A DNA stretch of 64,000 nt from Eledone cirrhosa (taxonomy: Eukaryota). Every line of letters starts with the position of its first letter. The first letter of the stretch is position 1. Under the pieces are notes generated by a model. It did no database searches. It was not told the origin of the DNA and worked only from the letters and a program-made list of their open reading frames with translations. The position numbers and the translations under genes were made by a program. Shown here piece after piece: positions 12,738-25,869 of the stretch. Where the stretch lies: assembly GCA_964016885.1 (NCBI GenBank), contig OZ024742.1, positions 296,670,001 to 296,734,000 on the forward strand, read 5' to 3'.

Positions 12738-13737
12738 GGAACAATCAAAATGATTTAGAAGTCAACCTGAAGTAGGAGCAAAAAATGTTAAGAACGACCT
12801 GAACAACACCACATGATTTTGTTTTGAAAATTTTGAAAGTAGCTTTATAAGTATGAATATTCATTAGATTTTCATAGTTGTGTCAGTTGCCTAGTGGTAG
12901 GTGCTGGAGACGGTGGAAATGCTGGCCTTTGGTTCAATCCTGGTCAAGTGGTGCATGTAATCTTTTTCAGTTTTTATTTTACATCCCATAGAAAAAAAAA
13001 TGTTTTGAAAATAGGTTTATAAGTATGAATTTTCAATGTTTACCGGGAACCCTACTCCTGACCAGGATCAAATTTCACACCAGGATCACCACCGTCTATG
13101 ATCTCTCCAACTATGCCACCGAGACAGCTACAAAAGTATAATGAAAATTAATAATTATAAACTTACTTTCAAAATCAAAGTTAAAAAGATGTGGTGTCAT
13201 TCATGGCTTTCCTAGAGCTAGTAGTCATATATAGGATCGACTTGTCAATCTTCTGGCTCTTTGGTAATATCACAGAGAGAAAAAGAGAGGGAGGAGGGGG
13301 AGAAACGAGGTGCAACAGAAATGAAACATGGATTACATGTTAAAATATAGTCTAGATAGATGAAAACCAAAACGAGTATGTAGTTTATGGAACAGCCAAA
13401 TGATTTAGAAGTCAATCTGAAGTAGGAACAATAACATTAAGAAAGACATGAACAACACCACTTGCTTTTGTTTTGAAAATTTTGAAAGTAGGTTTATAAG
13501 TATAAATTTTCATAATATTTTTGTAATTGTCTCAGTGGACTAGCAGTAGGTACTAGAGATGGTGGAGATCCTGGCATTGGGTTCAAGCCTGGTCAAGAGG
13601 TACATATAATCTTTTTCAGTTTTTATTTTACATCCCATAGAAAAAAAATGAAAAGGTTTACCGGGAACCCTATGCCCGATCAGGATCACCAGCATCTATG
13701 AATCCTCCAACTAGGCCACCGAGACAGCTACAAATGT
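12738..13737. repeat. Tandemly duplicated element (12738-13220; 13389-13737), each unit with inverted tRNA-like segments
   Basis: ggaaca..aaatgatttagaagtcaa.ctgaagtagga repeated; within a unit, ggttcaatcctggtcaag faces ctgaccaggatcaaa...accgagacagctac. Confidence 0.7.
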
Positions 13738-13839
13738 ATAGCATTCTATATGTAGGTGGGTCCCCTTCATCTCCTGGCAACCAATATTTTTAGACCCAGT
13801 CTACCACTGCGCGTGTATATGCATGTATGTATATAGATG

Positions 13840-13970
13840 TCGGCATGGCTGTATGCTTAAGGATTTTACTTTGCCACCACATGGTTTCAGGTTCCCTCCA
13901 CCCTGTGTGGTACAATTGAGAAAATATCCTTTACTATACCCTGAGGGTGATCCATGCCTTGTAGGGGAAA
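13840..13970 (+). mobile_element. tRNA-derived CORE-like SINE (family B), degraded; further copy at ~19025-19140
   Basis: ggcatggctgtatgcttaag..ccacatggtttcaggttc; the second copy retains cttgggcaagtg. Confidence 0.6.
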
Positions 13971-15149
13971 TATATATATCCACCCAGTACACTCAGTAAA
14001 GTAGTGGTACTGTTATCATGATAAAATGCACTCTGCACATATTGAAATGTGGTAGTGCTGGTGGCACAATAAAATGTTCCCAGTACACTCTACAAAGTGA
14101 TAGATGCCAGAATAAGATGTATCATGTCCTTGCTGAAAAGTGGGTGACATTAGGAAGAGTATCCAGACATAAAAGCCATACTGAAATAGAATGTATGAGC
14201 ATCACATGGTTATATGTCTTCTCTTGTCTCATAGTATGACAACCCCTCCAACCCATGCTAGGATGGAAAGAGGATGGATAAAGATGATGATCAAGATGTT
14301 GATGGTGATGATGATGTATGTGTGTGTACCTCTGTGTATGTGTGTGTGCGTGTGTGTCCATATTTGTGTTTATGCCCTATTACATAGCAGTTCAACAAAA
14401 AGATATTGATAAAATAAGTACCAGACTTGAAATAATAAGTACTAGGGTTAATATTTAAGTCTGTCTCAAACCAGGAGTCTCATATCGCTAGTGATTATCC
14501 TGGTTTCATGGCATGAAGCATCTAAGAGTACAAGACTCCTCCTGGACAGGATGCCACTCCATTGCAGTGTTAAACCCCTAGCTATTACCGTTAGTCATTT
14601 TCAGCTGAGTATACTAGAACAACATGAAATGAAGTGTTTTGCTCCAGAACACAACACACAACCCAACCTAGGATCTGAACACATAACATTATAATCATAA
14701 GTCCAACACCCTTAACACTAGGTCAGATGCCTCCTCTGATTTAGATGAACTAAAATCTCTTCAAGGTCGTGCTCCAACATGGCTGCAGTCTAATGACTGA
14801 AACCAGTAAATGGATAAAGGGATAAAAGAATACCATTTATTTTGCACGCATTGAAAAGTAATAATCACAGAGATTTCTTAAGATATTTTGGCAAATCTTG
14901 ACCTAGGACCTGAATGTTCTACATGGTGGGAGAAATATTATTACATCAATATTATCGATTATATATTAATATCAGCTATTATATATTTATATCATCTATT
15001 ATATATTAAAATCATCTATAATATATTAACCTTTTTGATGCCAACCTGCTCAAAACCTACTCTTCTTTTATGGGACAAAGATTCCTCTTTTAAACGTTTT
15101 CAGTAATTAATTCAAATACAGTTTATTTTTATTATATATATGATAATGG

Positions 15150-15342
15150 TTTCTGATTTAAGCACAAGGGAAAAGTGGATTGAATCAACCCCAGTGTGTT
15201 ACTGGTACTTATTTTATGAGCCCTGTAGGGATGAAAGGCAAAGCTAACCTTAATGGGATTTGAACTCAAAATGTAAAGGGACATAACTATATGCTGTAAA
15301 ACATTGTCCAACAGTCTACCAGTATTGCCAATTCACTGCCTT
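15150..15342 (-). mobile_element. SINE family A
   Basis: Reverse complement of the family A consensus. Confidence 0.8.
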
Positions 15343-16243
15343 TTTAAGTTATGATGGTGCATTTACGACTCCATCAGCAGTTAAAGTTCCAGGGATAGAT
15401 GAATAGATTAACAGAATTATTAGAGCATTTAGAAGAAATGATTTGAAGTATTTCATCTGGTCCTTTGGGTTCAGAGTTCAAATCCCACCAAGATCAAATT
15501 TGATTTTCATCCTACCAGGGTCAATAAAATAAAGTACCAGTTAAATACTGTATGTCATTTTAATAAAATTTCTTCTCCCATCCCAAAGTTGTTAGCTTTA
15601 TGCATGAATTATCATATATAAGATGTGGTCTCTGGCTCATCTGTGAGGACAATAGGTTTGATTAAGTAGTAACTTCTTCTTTGACAGCCCATAAAACCCA
15701 TACCAGTATGGAAAAATGGATTTTAAATGATGATAATGATGTATGTTATTTAAGCAGAATCTATTCTCTGTCGATAAATTGTGATAAAGATGATATATTC
15801 AAAGGTTTATTTTATACAGAAATACACGAAATGTCCTAGTCTCTTGCTTTATTGTAATAAATATAGAATTTCTACAAGCATGAAAGATAAATTAAATTCT
15901 AATTTTAAATGTCTTCTAATGCTTGTTTACATTAGATTTCAAAAGGTTAATGAGATATATATCTGGAAATAGAACATGATATATCTGTTAAGATGATCTT
16001 ATTAAGAAAATTTAATACTCTTCACAATATTTCAGAGTTGCACTTGTCTGGCAAGTGACTGATCTGAGACTGTTTAAAACAGAGGTTCTCAAACTTGTTC
16101 AGCCACCGCCCCCCTCAAAGCCATGTAATACCATCAATGCCCCATCCCCACCCTATTTCCAGAGAGACCTGCCTACACGCAAATTGTAAACAATATATAA
16201 TTTAAAAAATAGTTAATTTATAAATAATATAATATAAATAATA

Positions 16244-16435
16244 TAATTGTTTCCACTTTTGGCACAAGGCCAGCAATTATCCCAGTGCATTACTGGTATT
16301 TTATTTTATTGACCCCATAAGGATGAAAGGCAAAGTTAACCTTGGTGGGATTTGAACTCAGACTGTAAAGGGCCGTAACTCTATGCTGCAAAGCATGGCG
16401 TCCAACCCTCTACTGATACTGCCAATTCACTGCCC
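16244..16435 (-). mobile_element. SINE family A nested in the hAT element
   Basis: Reverse complement of the family A consensus. Confidence 0.85.
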
Positions 16436-16720
16436 TAGTAGTAATGTAATAAATAATATAATATATACTATACTATAAATAAATATATATTTTTTAAACA
16501 ATTAAGTTAAAAATGTACATCCACATATGTATACTGAAATACTAGTATGCATATGAATACACACACGTATACATATGTAGATGTACCGAGTTTTTCACTG
16601 GTCACTTTACTGTGAGTGTCCAGCTATTCTGTATGTAAACACACAGACAAACCGGTTTTTAGAGTCATACTGGTTTTTGAGGAAACACCTTTCCTCTATT
16701 CTCCAGAAAGCCAGACAAGG

Positions 16721-16765
16721 AATATTGAACTAGTTTCGATGTTGTTACATCTCATCAGCAATATT
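16721..16765 (-). ncRNA. Minimal type I hammerhead ribozyme (inverted twin of 17010-17054)
   Basis: Exact reverse complement of the plus-strand copy. Confidence 0.88.
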
Positions 16766-17009
16766 TACCTATCTTCCGGCCTCTCTAGAGAATCGTAAAA
16801 GCACATATCGTTATATGCTTTTTCTATGAAAATTAGTAGTGGGCAGACTAATTTGCATAGAGCGTGAGTACGTACCGGTTCAACGGAGACGATAAAAACA
16901 AATAACGAAACGAAATTAAATTTCGTTTCGTTTGTAACTCACTTTTCATAGAAAAAGCATATAACGATATGTGCTTTTACGATTCTCTAGAGAGGCCGGA
17001 AGATAGGTA

Positions 17010-17054
17010 AATATTGCTGATGAGATGTAACAACATCGAAACTAGTTCAATATT
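17010..17054 (+). ncRNA. Minimal type I hammerhead ribozyme (Penelope-type)
   Basis: aatattg-CTGATGA-gatg(taacaa)catc-GAAA-ctag-TT-caatatt: 7-bp stem I, 4-bp stem II, palindromic ACTAGT helix III. Confidence 0.88.
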
Positions 17055-17850
17055 CCTTGTCTGGCTTTCTGGAGAATAGAGGAAAGGTGTTTCCTCAAAA
17101 ACCAGTATGACTCTAAAAACCGGTTTGTCTGTGTGTTTACATACAGAATAGCTGGACACTCACAGTAAAGTGACCAGTGAAAAACTCGGTACATCTACAT
17201 ATGTATACGTGTGTGTATTCATATGCATACTAGTATTTCAGTATACATATGTGGATGTACATTTTTAACTTAATTGTTTAAGCGTCAGTCATACAAAAGT
17301 GAGTTACAAACGAAACGAAATTTAATTTCGTTTCGTTATTTGTTTTTATATATTTTTTATTTTACTATATTTATATATATGTATCATTTGATATTTAATA
17401 TACTATTATATCATCTCTACCACCATCCCACCTTAGGCCCCAGCGCCCCCCTGGACCTTCTCACCCCCCGGTGGGTGCAGTAGCAGCCACTTTGAGAACT
17501 GCTGGTTTAGAAACTAAAACTGTTAAATCATGGAAGAGTAAATTTAGCCATTTGAAAAACACATGGAAACACTTAAATTCCTTTCCATTTACTATTTATT
17601 TCTTGGTGTCAAAATATTTGTTGTAGAGTTGTAGTGGAACTGTGCCAGTGACTCAGTCACAACAGTTGAACAAATATTTATGATGCCAGGGATTTAACAG
17701 GATTTTTGTATGTTTTTTAAATGACAAAAGTGACTCTTCCATGATGTAATTACTGTTCACAATATATTTATATTCTTGCTAAGTTCTTTAGGTTTCTAAT
17801 AGAGATTTTTAGCATCAGATGATATTGATGTTAATAATACCAATAATGCT

Positions 17851-18243
17851 AGGACGGTGGATTGGCAGTATTGGTAGAGCATCAGACAACATGCTTTATG
17901 ATCTCAGTTCAAATCCTGCTGAGGTTAACTTGGCTTTTCCTCCTATGAGGTCGATAAAATAAAGTACCCGTAATGCACTGGTGTCAATTTAATCAACTTT
18001 CCCCTCCCCCAAAATTGTTGGCCTTGTGCCTAAATCAGAAACCAATATTATTAATAATTGTTTCTACTTTAGGTACAAGGCCAGCAATTACCCAGTGCAT
18101 TACTGGTACTTTATTTTATCGACCCCGTAAGGATGAAAGGCAAAGTCAACCTCGGCGGGATTTGAGCTCAGATCGTAAAGGGATGTAACTATGCTGGAAA
18201 GCATGGCGTCCGACCCTCTACCAATACTGCCAATCCATTGCCC
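17851..18243. mobile_element. Two family A SINEs, tail-to-tail (+ 17851-18057; - 18055-18243)
   Basis: Consensus match on opposite strands, sharing an AT tail. Confidence 0.85.
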
Positions 18244-20477
18244 TTATTATTACTAATGATACAAAAGAGAATGGCAGCTAGTTGTATATATAAATCTCAA
18301 CACCAATTTATTGCATATGCATAGATAGGGAAATTGTTTATGAGGACATGCAATATTTCAATATCAGTAATTGTGTTCATGTTCTCATTCAGTATTGAAG
18401 GCTCTTGAGATAAGGGAATGGTCTTATAAAAAGCGACAAAGAAGAAAACAACTAACAAAAATACAAATTATTTAAATTCACTTCAGGCAAGAAACAAAAT
18501 ATATATTTGAAAATTGTGAGCCAGTGATTTTATTGGTAATTATTATCATGCAACAACATTCTCTCATTCCAACCTTATTACATTGGCCACAAACCTGAAC
18601 ACAACAACCTGTAATGCAGAGAAGAAGAAGATAACTACATACTGAGTTTTCACTGGTCACTTCCATTTCATGCCAGCTACCTTCAAGACCTCCAATGTTT
18701 TCCTCCATATAATCAGAAAGAGTGCAGCTTACCTAAAAACAGCTTATTCAAGTGAAATGTCTAGCACTGGCTGTTGCTGTTCTCCATGGCAATTCTTTCA
18801 CCATCTTGTCTAAGGAGCACAGCTGAGATATACCACCTAACCAAGAGTGTAGAAGTTTCCCCTAATTTCCATTTTCCTCTTTTGTCATCAATTAACTTTT
18901 CTCTTCCCTGCTATTTTCTTTTTCATTTTTTCTCTCTTCCTGTACATTAATTTAATCCTTTATTCTTTTTTTAATACTTTCACATTTGTTAATAAATTTC
19001 CTTTTCTGAAACTACTAAATTATCATGGTTAAGAAGTTTGCTTCACAATTAATTGGTCCCAGGTTCAATCCCATTGAGTGGCATCTTGGGCAAGTGTAAT
19101 TTACCACAGCCTCAGGTCGACCCATGCCTAGAGAGTAAGATTGTGTACTACTTGTCAAACACTGAAAATTATGTTAAGGATACACACATGTGTGCAGTGC
19201 TTAGTCACTTACATGTTAATTTTATGAGCAAGCTATTCCTTTTATGCCATAATAAAAGGCTCCTAGAATACTCTATAGTGGTTAGTGATAGGAAAGGAAT
19301 TCAACTATAGAAAATGTGCAAAACAAAAGGGCTCAAAATGATTTTTAAATCATGTGAAAGAAATAACACCCTTTCCTGTGCTGGTACGATGATAAAATGC
19401 ACCCAGTGCACACTGTAGAATGCAAGAACATGTATAAGTGAGATGCAGCCCCCAGCCCATCTTAGAGGTCAGTGGTAGGTGTGTAACAATCCATCTGTCC
19501 CGTGTTGGCAGGGAAAATGAATGTATGATGATGATGATGATGATAACTTAAATGTTTTTTTATATATAACAAATTTTAGTTTAAATAGGAACCCTTTAAA
19601 ACGAGAGGCCTCGTTTCATAGAACCAGAGCTAGGTTTTGAGTGGTTTAATCTCAAAGGTTTACACATGCTTGTTTACACTGTAATTACCAGTACCAGTCA
19701 ACACCATCAAGATGAAATGCAGAATTGACCTCAGTGGGACTTGAACTCACAACGCAAAATTCATGCAACTATATACAAGAAGGAATATTGCTTAGTGCTG
19801 TCTGTAATTGCCAAGCCACCACTAATAATGACCCCATAAATCAAGGAAGGCCGTAAAGATTGCACCTTTCTTAGACCACATGTCTGAAAATAACTTCCAA
19901 GTATTCTCCAGAAAATACAACATAATAACAAGATAAAATAAACATTTAAAAAACAAACGGTTTTGAAGCCCAGTTTTGAAAACATAAATCTAATACAACA
20001 AATCATATTTTTTAAAAAGTGGCTCAGAAGACTTGGTGATAACAATACAAATTGTAAAACTATCATCTCCCTAAAGTATTAGCCTACTCTATATGATTTA
20101 AAACTTGCTTGGAATAGATTTCACAAATAAAAAGACAATAAGAAGAAAACAAATGAATAAAATCAGAAAATTATTGGTGGGTGTCATTTAGCCAACTCCA
20201 TAATTAGATTCCATCAGTTTTTTTAAAACCATCTTAAATCACTTGGAACAAAGTACCGAGATGGCTTCTAACTAGGAAGAATAACAATTGTAAAAAACAA
20301 ATTTCAAAAGCAACAGCATTATAAATGCCATTAACACGTTTTCAATATCAACCATATAAGCATATGGTTTGTATAGTATTGGACTAGAATATAACTGAAT
20401 ATAACTGTTAAAAACAAACAACAACAACAAAATCTCACAGGAAACTATTGAAAACACAATAAATAATAATATAATAG

Positions 20478-20610
20478 TGGTGATGATGATGATGATAATG
20501 GCCGTTGTGATGGTGGTGGTGGTGGCCATGATGATGTTGATGATGATGATGATGATGATGACTGTTATAATGATGGTGGTGGTCATGATGATGATGATGG
20601 TAGTAGTAAA
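20478..20610 (+). repeat. (GAT)/(GGT)n trinucleotide microsatellite
   Basis: Direct reading. Confidence 0.95.
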
Positions 20611-21387
20611 TGTTGTTCAGTCAATTTCATTTTTACCTTTGAAAAAAAGTTTCAATAGTTTTCTTTTTTCTGTTTTTTATGTATTTTTTCTATATATATT
20701 TTTATATTTTTGTCTTCTGCATGACTGGTCATTTCAGTAGCTGATAATATATATATTTTCTTACATTAATAGCCAAAAGAACTCAGACATTGATTAAATA
20801 GTTTTCCATACAACAAAACTATAACTATACTGCCAAAAGAACAGACAAATGGTGGAAAACTTCAGTATTATATTATATACATTTGTGTATTTGCTTGTAC
20901 AAAATTGTTAGTCTGAATTGATAAAAGTGAAAATAATGGAATAACTGTATATATACAAAATATATGAACAAATTAAGTGAGAATAACATTATATACTCAA
21001 AATATACGAACAAACTTGAGTGAAAATAAAAATATATGCAGAAAATATATTAACAAACTTGAGTGTATAAATACACATAAGAACATTACAACAGTTCTAA
21101 ATATAAAATCAATTACGCCTCAGCATGAGTATAAACATATATAAAGAGAAATAACAAAAATAATGCTAAGTTGATAGTGAAATGCAAATATAAATGAATA
21201 ACAATATAGTAGAAAATTATTTTTAAAAAATCTGGCATGCAATTACTCGCAAATACATGTATATCTGCTGGCCATTTAGGGTGTTTTACCCGATTTTCTA
21301 ATACCATTATCATTATCATTGTAACAACTTTGTGTTTGGATATCAATAATTTTAAATTTCAAATCATCCAAACGCCTGAATAATCAG

Positions 21388-21418
<31 letters not shown>

Positions 21419-22289
21419 ATGTGTGTGTAGATATATCTATATATGTATGTGAATATATGAATGTGTATATATATATGTGTGTGTGTATATACATATATAT
21501 ATATGTGTGGGTATGTATATATCTATATATGTATGTGTGTGTAAATATGTAGATATATCTATATATGTATGTGTGTATATATGTAAATATATCTATATAT
21601 GTATACACACACATACACACACACACATATATATATAATTACATATATATATAGACATATCTACATATACACATACATAGATACATGCATACATATTTAC
21701 ATATATACACACATACATACATAGAAATTGTACTAAAGTAACTTAGATTTAAATTAAATTGATCATAATTGAGAATCTATTTATATAAACACACAAAAAA
21801 TATTCCAGGTGCCTTAAATAAATATGTTTGTAAAAGACCAATTCTGATATAAAAAAATTATTTAGATAGACAGTGTTTATAACATAATGTTTTCTATCTT
21901 ATAAGAAGAAAGCGAGTGTGTAAAAAAAAACCAAATAAGAAAAAAAATATATCATGCAACTGAAAAAATATATATTTAAAATCCTTTAAAATGTTGTTTT
22001 AAATATTATAGAAATATGTTATATTAAGAACGCAGAAGGGAAAAAAGCATCACACGAGTAGAGAAAATAAAAAGATATTTGTTGATAAGAAAAGTTACTT
22101 ACAGACTTAACTGAATAGGACAATGCTTGTATATTCTTGATTAAGTAAATATTAAACTTTGTAATTCATGATTTTATGAAAAATTGCTTTTAGAAAATTG
22201 ATTTAAATTCACTTTATTTTAATGTCACAAAATAAAAAAAAATGAAGTAAACAATTAAATTTGTTATTCTAAAATAGAGTATACACATA

Positions 22290-23215
22290 ATGATTTCTGA
22301 TTTAGGCACAAGGCTAACAATTTTGGGGAAGAGAAAATCGATTAAATCGATCCCAGTACATTCTAGTACTTTATTTTATCGACCTTGTCAGAATGAAAGG
22401 CAAAGCTATCCTCAGTGAGATATGAACTCAGAAGGTAAAGGGACTTAACTATATGGCACAAAGCATATTATCTGACGTCCTACTGATACTGCATTCCACC
22501 TAAACAATAATAATAAATATTATTAAATATTGTTTCTTTATTGGCCAGAAGGAACGAAACATGAAAAACAATAAAAATATGGGGACATGAAATCGAGTAA
22601 AAAATATATTCCACTTTGTCCATGTAACTTCTTCATTGAGTTGGTGCTTAGGGCCTGGCAGTATCGGTAGAGGGTCAGATGTCATGCTTTGCTGTCTGAG
22701 TTCAAATCCCGCCAAGGTTAACTTTGCCTTTCATCCTTACGGGGTCCATAAAATAAAGTACCAGTAATGTACTGTGCCAAAAGTAGAAACAATTATTATT
22801 ATTATTATTATTTGGCAGTATCGGTAGAGTGCTAGACACCATGCTTTGCAGCATAAAGTTACAACCCTTTACAGTCTAAGTTCAAATCTCGTCACAGTTA
22901 ACTTTGTCTTTCATCCTTACGGGGTCAATAAAATAAAGCACCAGTAATGTACTGAGGTCGATTTAATCGACTTTCCCTCCTCCCAAGTTACTGGCTTTGT
23001 GCCTATACTAAAAATCATCATCATTATTATTATTATTTTGCAGTATCAGTTTGAACATCAGACACCATGCGTTGCAGCATAGAGTTACAGCCCTTTATCG
23101 TCTGAGTTCAAATCTCACTGAGGTTAATTTTGCCTTTCATCTTTACGGGGTCAATAAAATAAAGTACCAGTAATTGCTGGCCTTGTGCCAAAAGTAGAAA
23201 CAATTATTATTATTA
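22290..23215. mobile_element. Family A SINE cluster: one minus copy (22290-22500) and three tandem plus copies (22657-22811, 22812-23036, 23038-23215)
   Basis: Three head-to-tail consensus copies, each ending in (ATT)n. Confidence 0.88.
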
Positions 23216-23287
23216 TCTTTGTTGTTGAGTCTATCAAGACGTATGTGCACACCGCTCCATAAACTTTGCTAATTTTCACATATTTAC

Positions 23288-23386
23288 ATAACATTCATTG
23301 TTACATTTTTGTCACCATCTGTTAATAGGGTGCCATTCATTGCCCTTTGAAAAGGTGAACCCATAATAATTGGGCTTCCTATGTTT
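23288..23386 (-). CDS. Candidate 99-bp internal exon (NIGSPIIMGSPFQRAMNGTLLTDGDKNVTMNV), product unknown
   Basis: ttattgtcag acceptor, gtaaat donor, symmetric phase-2 open frame in non-repeat sequence; no homology recognised. Confidence 0.25.
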
Positions 23387-23799
23387 CTGACAATAAATTG
23401 ACAAATCATCATCATCATTTGAAATCTACTTACCATGTTGGTATAGGTTGGGCAGGTTATCTTGGTCAAATATCAGATGAATCAATGTACCACATCATGC
23501 TTTCACATTCCACATATTGGACTGATTTCAAGATTCATTTTATTGTGGCACCAGTACTACAATTTTACAGAGCATACTGGGTGGATCTTTTAATGAGCCA
23601 GTGCTGGAGCCTTGATATCACAACAAATATCTTTAACAAACTTCCTCCAATCAATTGAGTACCAACTAACATGAATACCAACCAGTAATGGACTAGCATC
23701 GCATCTAGGGGTGAGTCATATACTTTCTGTTGTTTAATACATAGGATGAACACCAGGTTGATATCTGACTATTTGAGAAGGTAACAGGTGATGCCAAAT

Positions 23800-24120
23800 T
23801 TAGAAGCATCATGTTCTTCACACATCCACAGATGCAAGACCTTGGACAGTGTTGTATCCTGAAGTAACTGGATGTTTTGGGTGTCTTACATCATACACCC
23901 ATATCCAGGTATTTCAATCAAATTTGATCACAACTTTGTCTATGTCGATGTAGCATACATACTAGTAATTGTTTATCTTCTGCCACAGCTACCTAGATAA
24001 CTCCTCTGTTGCTTCCACATTGTTTTGATGGCTCTCCTCCTGCTTGCTTTCATAATGAAACTGGTCAAGGAATGAGTGGCAAGCTCTCAGTTGCCAACTT
24101 CTACTGGAATGCACCTATTC
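23800..24120 (-). mobile_element. Degraded 3' end of a Hero/NeSL-like (RLE) non-LTR element
   Basis: CIPVEVGN*E..HSL..SRRRAIK resembles the RLE C-terminal PVEVG.RG motif. Confidence 0.55.
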
Positions 24121-24624
24121 CTCTTCAATTACATGTAAAAGACAAGGATTTTGATGAATAGTTCATCTTGATTTCGCAAAAGAACAACTAAAGTTAAAGC
24201 CAAGATAAATTAAATATTGTGTTATATTTTATATTCTTGCTGGAAACTAGAATTTGGTATATTTTTTATATTATTAGTTAACATATTTGGGAACTATTTA
24301 TTGTGTGTGTTACTCATGTTAAGTCAGTGTTGTATGATATTAACAAAAGGTGCACTGTAAAACTTTGACACGAATGTTTAGTGATTTTTGTAATCCAATC
24401 ATAACAGTTTCTCTTCTAAAAATCCATTCTCCTTTAAGCCTGACCAGTTTCAGTACACGAGAGACTCTGGCACGGTTACATAATACATTTCAATACATTT
24501 AACATCATGTTTCACCACTGACTATAAATTCTGTTATCTTGTTCCTAAAAAAATATTAATCTACTATGGTACTTTCTATTATTATGTACATAATACGTGC
24601 ACACAAGCATACACACTCACATAT

Positions 24625-24786
24625 CTATGTATATATATATATATAAATACACACACACACACACACATATATATACATTTATATATATATACATATATAA
24701 ATATATATATAAATATTCATGTATATATATATATATATATAGACATACATATATAAATGTATATACATATATATACATATGTATAT

Positions 24787-24849
<63 letters not shown>

Positions 24850-24934
24850 CATACATATATATATATATATACATATATATATGTATTATATATATATATA
24901 TATACATACATATATATATATACATATATATATG

Positions 24935-25009
<75 letters not shown>

Positions 25010-25030
25010 CATATATATATATGTATATAT
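24625..25030 (+). repeat. Long (TA)n/(TACA) compound microsatellite
   Basis: Direct reading. Confidence 0.98.
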
Positions 25031-25869
25031 TGTGTCATTTTTTTCTGAGCCCGTATTCATGTTATTTGTTTTTTACTTTCTAATTTTTCCTATTTTTCTA
25101 GTATATTTGCTGTGAACAGCTTCATTCCCTGTTCTGACTGATGGAGCTACAAATTGTGTGTGTTGTGAATTAATATATTGAATCTAAAAAAATGTGGTAA
25201 ATAACAACTGCAATCATGTGAGTGTGTGTTTGTATAAATCTGTGTATATATATATATAAATAATGTGGGGTAGATATATGTGTGTGTTTTATGTTGGGGT
25301 GAGTGCATGTGTGTTTGCACTGTTTTGCTGATAAATCATGCAAATTCATAAATAAGTCAATCTGGTGAAAGAAGAAGAAGAAAAAGAAGTGGTGGAGTAA
25401 GAAGAAGAGTAAGAAGAGGTAGAGGAGGATATGGTAGTGGTGGTGGTAGGGCAGGATATGGTGGAGGAGGAGGAAGAAAAGGGGGTGGTAGGTGCAATCT
25501 CTATAGTTCAGAAAAATCCCCAGTGATATGACAAGTCATGACATGGAAATTCAATGTAAAGAATAGCAAGTGAGAAACAGGATCTAATAAATAATGTATA
25601 TTATTTTGGATTTTATCTTTTAAAGAAATTTTGTTTATATATATATATCAGGAAATAACTTTTACAGGTAAAGAGTCAATTACTATCATGGATCTGTGCT
25701 CAATAGGCAGGAGAGAAGAGCACTTCCTTATGGTACTCTTGGTGATTGGGGTGATCTCTAATCTGTGGGGCTCCTAAATTATCCCTGGGTCATGTTTTAA
25801 AATTCTATTGTCATAAATATATTGTTAATTTGCCTTTTTATTCTTCTTACTTGTTCTATGTAAATCCCC

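Larger units (their letters stand above)
16494..17281. repeat. 339-bp perfect inverted repeat (16494-16832 / 16943-17281)
   Basis: Identical 60-aa ORF on both strands; paired coordinates sum to 33775. Confidence 0.97.
16080..17504. mobile_element. Non-autonomous hAT (Charlie-type) element with nested insertions
   Basis: TIRs CAGAGGTTCTCAAA and TTTGAGAACTGCTG; 8-bp TSD gtttaaaa (16072-16079) vs gtttagaa (17505-17512), 7/8 match. Confidence 0.85.

Noticed and set aside
16616-17159. Duplicated 60-aa gene pair
   Set aside because: By-product of the perfect inverted repeat; non-ATG start and no protein features
24597-25115. ORFs rich in YI, HT or MMM repeats (also at 20-21, 29, 31, 33-34, 38 and 53 kb)
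   Set aside because: They are translations of (TA)n, (CA)n and (GAT)n microsatellites
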